A stretch of 64,000 nt of DNA. Source: Dehalococcoidia bacterium. GTDB taxonomy: Bacteria; Chloroflexota; Dehalococcoidia; Bin125. The translations under genes and the position numbers were made by a program. Shown here one piece after another: positions 57,104 through 64,000 of this stretch. Every line of letters starts with the position of its first letter. Within the stretch, counting starts at the first letter, position 1. The notes below the pieces were generated by a model that was given only the letters and a program-made list of their open reading frames with translations, was not told where the DNA came from and made no database searches. The stretch is from positions 128,001 to 192,000 of the forward strand of contig CAXXRD010000002.1 in NCBI GenBank assembly GCA_963663895.2. The letters are read 5' to 3'.

Positions 57104-58959
57104 GGCGTCCCTCCTTCTCCCGTGGGCTCCAGTACACCGAGGTCGGCAAGGAGGTCATCAGGATTCCAGATGCGTTCGGCCAGCTTCCGGTAGAGCTCTC
57201 CGCGAAGATCCATGTCGGCGCGCTTGAACTCCCCGTGAGGGAGGAAGGGTAGGCCACTCTCTTGCCGGAAACGGCCAAAGCCTGGGTTGTGCTCATAGGC
57301 CTGCGGGTGGAGTGAGGCTGCCAGCAGGTTCTGGGTGAGATAGTGGGGTCGCTTCTTCTCGTACGTCAGGTCGCCATAGCTCGCGTTGAAGCTCTTCGGC
57401 AACAGCAGCAGCCCACCAATCCGGTTTCGCTGTTCCACGAAATCAACCGGATGTGCGAACTCATCTGTGTGCCGTTCCGGATGATCAGCCCAAATGTGCT
57501 CCACCTCGTAACGATTCCTGCCACTGGCGACGTAGTCCGAGTACCGTGCCTCCTGCCCGGACTGCATTCCCACGTAGTCGGTCATCCTCGCGAGGATCCG
57601 GTGGAGTGCATAGCGATTCTGCTGATGCATAGCGAGGAGCCGTTTACTGCTGGTAAACGTCTCGCTCTCGCTGAGCAGTTTGGCGTGCAGAGCCTCAGCT
57701 AAGGCTCTTGGGCCAAGGCCCCTGATGTCTCGCATCACGAGGAACATGGCGTATTGCATCGTCGAGTAGGCGATCGACCGAAAATTCCAGATCCGCCATG
57801 TGATGAGGATATCGACGAACCGGGCGACCAGACGTAGCTTGAGCTTGATTGCCGCTTCGTCATCCTCGATCCGCAGGGGCGCCAGCAGCAGCATGTCCTG
57901 CAGGGTGAACCCATGGCCAGCGTTGTAGAAGATGTGCTCAAGTCCATCCAGAGGCTTCGCCTGAGCCCGCTGTATAAGCAGGTGCTGTCTGCTGTAGAAA
58001 TCGAAGTCGCGATGCACGAAGTCAAAGAAGTCACCCTGCTTCTCCAACTTGAGCGCCTCTCGCTTTTCCCTGAGCCAGCGGTGGAACTCCGTCCCGATGC
58101 GATCGAAGTCCTCGGGCCTAGCTCCCTTGCGTCGCTCGCGAATGCTTGTGGCGTACTGACTTCGAAGCCACGCCTTGAAAAAATCCGCTCCATGGTCGTC
58201 ATTCTGCGTGGTCAGTTCCTGAACACGCCGACGCCAGAGGTCATTTGCCTGGGTCCGCCGACTCGAATCCATGTTTGCGAGTAAGTACCCTTTGAGCATG
58301 TCCGTGGGGCTCAGAGAGAGTCCCCGGTCGTTCATTGTTTCGAAGATCGTGTACGCATCCTCATCCGAGTACGCGGAGATTTCGACGAGGTACACCTTCT
58401 CAATAAGCCAGTCCGCGAAGTATGGGAGCGCCTCCTCTTGGAGTTCCGCTGGGAAATAGGCCTCCATGTCTTGGTAGCGCTCGTGGATGTTTTGCACTGA
58501 TTCACTCTGGCCGGTCGTATCGAAGGGCCGCCCCTCAAAGAGTGCTTCCATACAGGGCGCTCGCTCGTCTACCGCGAGGTTGAACGTCTTTTCCCCGTAC
58601 TGCTCGGAAAAGATAAGACCGCCAACATCCACGGCATCTTTACGCTCACGCTGGAGGTTTCGGAGCAGGATCAGCATCAAGGTGAGGCTCGTCAGGCGCT
58701 GCTGACCATCAACGATGAAGCTCTCGCCGGCTTTCTGGCTGATGATGATTGAGCCGAGAAAGTAGTGGGGAAATTCTTTGACCTTAGACCGGCTGATGCC
58801 GGGCTCGTACTCCCCGAGAAAAACTCCTGTCAGGTCATTGATCAGCTCGTGTACCTGTTTCGTCTCCCAGCGGTACTCGCGCTGGTAGTAGTCGATCGAG
58901 TACTTCACTTTCTCAAGCAACTGCTTGACGTTCTTCGGTTGGCCTTCGATCGGTCTCAC
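57100..58959 (-). CDS. GmrSD-family modification-dependent restriction endonuclease (DUF262 + C-terminal HNH/DUF1524)
   Basis: YQREY.W, FLGSII, IVDGQQRLT, IFETMNDRG, EVEHI, GGLLLL...NAS; GTG 58959 behind GGAGGG. Confidence 0.9.
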   Translation of the reverse strand: MRPIEGQPKNVKQLLEKVKYSIDYYQREYRWETKQVHELINDLTGVFLGEYEPGISRSKVKEFPHYFLGSIIISQKAGESFIVDGQQRLTSLTLMLILLRNLQRERKDAVDVGGLIFSEQYGEKTFNLAVDERAPCMEALFEGRPFDTTGQSESVQNIHERYQDMEAYFPAELQEEALPYFADWLIEKVYLVEISAYSDEDAYTIFETMNDRGLSLSPTDMLKGYLLANMDSSRRTQANDLWRRRVQELTTQNDDHGADFFKAWLRSQYATSIRERRKGARPEDFDRIGTEFHRWLREKREALKLEKQGDFFDFVHRDFDFYSRQHLLIQRAQAKPLDGLEHIFYNAGHGFTLQDMLLLAPLRIEDDEAAIKLKLRLVARFVDILITWRIWNFRSIAYSTMQYAMFLVMRDIRGLGPRALAEALHAKLLSESETFTSSKRLLAMHQQNRYALHRILARMTDYVGMQSGQEARYSDYVASGRNRYEVEHIWADHPERHTDEFAHPVDFVEQRNRIGGLLLLPKSFNASYGDLTYEKKRPHYLTQNLLAASLHPQAYEHNPGFGRFRQESGLPFLPHGEFKRADMDLRGELYRKLAERIWNPDDLLADLGVLEPTGEGGTP

Positions 58960-59019
58960 GCGGAACCCTCCGCTCACACGCCTTTGTCGATGAGACGGAG
59001 GATAATGGTCGCGAGGGCG

Positions 59020-59053
59020 CGGGCGTCGTCGGGAGTGAGTTCGACGACGCCCG
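59020..59053. terminator. Perfect 12-bp hairpin at the island edge
   Basis: CGGGCGTCGTCG-N10-CGACGACGCCCG. Confidence 0.5.
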
Positions 59054-59170
59054 GCACCCATGCCGAGCGCCTCGTTCACGAAGTCGAGGTTGAGAGCGTA
59101 CTCGCGCTGGAGGCGGAAAGGGTAATCAGTTTGGGCGATGAGGAACCAGCGGTCGAGCGACTTGCCGTCG

Positions 59171-59275
59171 CCGCTTGGCCCGGTACCGAACTTCACCACC
59201 ATTGAAGTCGTTCCCCTAGACGGCACTCCCACGCAGATCATCACCGTGACGGTCACGCGCGCGGTCGGCGACTAG
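59171..59275 (+). pseudogene. 3' remnant of a paralog of the downstream LRR/cadherin-like gene
   Basis: PLGPVPNFTTIEVVPLDGTPTQIITVTVTRAVGD* matches PLDPGPNPITIAVVPPDGTPTQIVTVTVTR (about 61780-61870). Confidence 0.8.
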
Positions 59276-59324
59276 ACTCACTGCCCTAACCCGGCGGCCC
59301 CAGCGAGCCGGAGAGGAGCGCGCG

Positions 59325-62134
59325 ATGCGGCGCGCGATGTGGCGTGGACTCAGTGGCGGAAGGGGTTGCACAAGAGGCGGCCTGTGGGATCGAGCGGGGA
59401 AGCGGTTGCCTTTCGCGCGCCTAGCCCTGGCGGGGGCGACTCTGCTGATCGGCGCCGCACTGTTCGGGCCCGCCCCTTCGCTGCTCGCGCAGGAGCCCGG
59501 CGGCACGGCGGAGACAGACCGGGCCGCGTTGCTGGCCCTCTACGCAGCCACGGACGGCCCCAACTGGAGGGACAACGCCAACTGGAGCAGTGATGCGCCG
59601 CTCGACACCTGGCACGGTGTCACCACGAATGACCACGGCCGGGTCATACGCCTGTCGCTTTCCCAAAACAGCTTGCGGGGGACCCTGCCGCCCGAGTTGG
59701 GAACTCTGGACGCGCTGACGGTACTGGCGTTGGGCGACAACGCATTGCGCGGGCCGATTCCGGCTGCACTGAGCAACCTCGCCGACCTAGCGCTGCTGAT
59801 CCTGTGGGACAACGGATTGACGGGCCCGATCCCGGCCACGCTGGGCACCCTCGCCAACCTGCGCGTCACGCGCTTCGCGGGCAATGCGCTGACCGGGTGC
59901 GTGCCCCACGGATTGCGCTATCTGCTGGCTGCTCCCCAATACGCGCCGGACGTCCCGGCCCATGACTTTCTCACGGTGGACGTGAACGGCGACGGCGACA
60001 TCGACGACGCGGGCGACCTCCACGGCCTGGGGCTGCCCTTCTGCATGCTCCACGAGCTGCGGCTGAGCGGCGTGACCCTCGACCCGCCCTTCGCCGCCGA
60101 TAGAGCGGCCTATAGCGCCTCCGTAATCAGAAGCACCGAGGAGACGGTGGTGACGGCGACGCCCTACGACGCCGGCGACCGCGTCACCATCCGCAAGGGT
60201 GAGGAGAGCTATGCCAGCGGCGAGGCGGTGCCGCTCGACCTGGGGCCGAATCCCATCACCATCGAAGTCGTCCCTCCCGACGCGACCCCCAGGCAGACGT
60301 TCACCGTGGCGGTGACACGGCGCCTGAACGACGACGTCCTGATGGTGGATCCCGGGACGCTCTCACCGGCGTTCAGCAGCACGGGGGATCTCTACACGGT
60401 CCACGTGACCAATCAGGTGGCCCGGATCACGATCGAGGGCAGGGCGGACGGGGCGGCCGCGTAGCCTACCGGGACGAGAGCGGGGCGGCGATCACGGACG
60501 CCGACGCGAGCGCCGCCGGCCTGCAACTGGATCTGCCGGAAGTGGGCGGCAGGCGCATCCATGTGGTGATGAGCGCTGCGGACGGCGGCGCGGGGGCGCG
60601 GACCTACGAGATGCTGGCGATCCGCGAGGGCACGGTGGAGACGGACCGGACCGCGCTGCTGGCGCTGCATGAGGCCGTGGTCGGCGCGAACCGGAGGATC
60701 AGTGCCAACTGGGGAAGTACCGAGCCGCTCGGCACCTGGAGCGGCGTCTACACGAACGCCTCCGGCCGCGTCACACGCCTGGCGCTGGAAGGAAGGCTTC
60801 TGGCCGGGCCCCTGCCGGCCGAGTTAGGCCACCTGGACCACTTGACGGACCTGTCTCTGGGAGGCAACGAATTGAGCGGGCCGATCCCGGCCGCGCTGGG
60901 CAACCTCGCCAGACTGCGGAAACTGAATCTCTCGCACAATCGACTGGACGGACCGATTCCAGCGCTGCGCAGCCTCCCCGACCTGACCTACCTGAACCTG
61001 CGGGGCAACCGCTTGAGCGGGCCGATCCCGGCCGCGCTGGACCGCCTCGCTGATTTGAGGAACCTGTTCTTGGACAACAATCAGTTGCACGGGCCGCTGC
61101 CAGCCCTGAGCGGCCTCCCCAAGCTGACGTACCTGAACCTCGATCACAACCGCTTGCGCGGGCCGATCCCGGCCGCGCTGGGCCGCCACGCCGATCTGCG
61201 AGAGTTGGCGCTCGCCGGTAACCGCTTGAGCGGACCGCTACCGGACCTAAGCGGCCTCCCCAAGCTGACGTACCTGAACCTCGGTCACAACCGCTTGCGC
61301 GGGCCGATCCCGGCCGCGTTGGGCCGCCACGCCGATCTGCGAGAGTTGGCGCTCGCCGGCAACCAGCTGATCGGGCCGCTGCCGGACTCGCTAGGCGATC
61401 TCGCCCGCCTGCGCGTCACGCGCTTCGCGGGCAATGCGTTGACTGGATGCGTGCCTCTCGGCTTGCGCCACTTGTTGGCCGCGCCAGCGAATGCGCTGGG
61501 CGTTCCCGCTCACGACTTTATCGCGGTGGACGCGAACGGCGACGGCGACAGCGCCGACGCGGGCGATACCCCCGGCCTGGGCCTGCCCTTCTGCCTGCTG
61601 CGCGAGCTGCACCTGCGCGACGCGACGCTCGATCCGTCCTTCGCCAGCGGCAGGGCCGCCTATGCCGCCGCCATGGCCGACGACGCCATGGAGACGGTCA
61701 TGACGGCGACGGCGCACGACGCCGGCGACGCCCTTACCATCCGCAAAGGCGAAGAGAGCTACGCCAGCGGCGAGGCGCTGCCGCTCGACCCGGGGCCGAA
61801 CCCCATCACCATTGCAGTCGTCCCTCCGGACGGTACCCCCACGCAGATCGTCACCGTAACGGTGACGCGCGAGGCCGGCGAGCCGCCTGCGCCCGGCGGC
61901 GTTACCCTCACCCTGCGGAAGGGCGGTAACTTCTACGCCCTGCCCGCCGGCGCCCCCACGACGGCGGCCCGCCTCTTCGCAGACACGGACGTGGCGAGCG
62001 TCTGGAAGTACAACCGTGCGACGGGCGCCTGGGATCTCGCCTACCTCCCCGATCTGGGCCGAGAGGACTTCGCCATCGCGGGCGGGGACGTGCTCTGGAT
62101 CGTCTCCCCGCGCGCCCAAACGGTCGGCAACTAG
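59325..62134 (+). pseudogene. Secreted LRR + cadherin-like beta-sandwich surface protein with one frameshift near 60450
   Basis: Signal peptide; DR.ALL LRR N-cap; plant-type L..N.L.GPIP repeats; adding one G to GGGG (60450-60453) joins the two ORFs. Confidence 0.85.
61106..61363 (+). repeat. Near-identical tandem duplication of a two-LRR unit (141-nt period)
   Basis: 61106-61222 and 61247-61363 differ at only a few bases. Confidence 0.9.
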
Positions 62135-62327
62135 GCAATTCACGGCGGCGCGCGGCAGCGCGCATGGATCATGTCCGCGTGGCGCCCCACCGAGGCCGCC
62201 CGCCGAGGCATGAGGCCGCTATCTTCCGAACTGTTCCGAAGTGCCTAGCCTCCTAGCTCACTTTTGGGGGCCAACGCGACTTGCCCGCCCGCCTCCCTTC
62301 AAAAGTGCTCTCCGTAGCCACCGCCAC

Positions 62328-64000
<1,673 letters not shown>

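Noticed and set aside
58960-59256. N-terminal extension of the 718-aa GmrSD ORF
   Set aside because: It is made of the antisense LRR-paralog remnant, another fragment and a hairpin; the real start is GTG 58959 with an RBS.

Overview
GC-rich bacterial chromosome window, most likely Chloroflexota (Dehalococcoidia-like). This is inferred from F420 genes, a SufR-led suf operon, Ni-SOD and CIRCE-groEL; a plant-type LRR/cadherin-like surface gene hints at a host-associated lifestyle such as a sponge. In order: infB(3' part)-rbfA-truB; a fabG-fabD-fabF-fabF-acpP cluster; a DtxR regulator; the full sufR-C-B-D-Rieske-S-U-T operon; housekeeping genes; a hopanoid core cluster (Fur, polyprenyl synthase, shc, hpnC-D-E); cofE/npdG; an NMT1/THI5-type ABC transporter; redox genes; an IscU/CoxM-like/MocA module; a second hopanoid cluster (hpnH-G-A); DUF35/thiolase; thiN; sodN/sodX; a foreign-looking defence-type island (GmrSD, DUF6508-like, Fic with an internal amber stop) bounded by gene remnants; a frameshifted LRR surface gene; and CIRCE-groEL, which runs off the edge. 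The best non-obvious signals are an unannotated ~190-nt rod-shaped RNA with its own -10 box (19655-19846, minus strand), apparent ATC/CTG start codons, and C35-hopanoid capacity in this lineage. All calls come from motif recognition by eye; no database searches were run.
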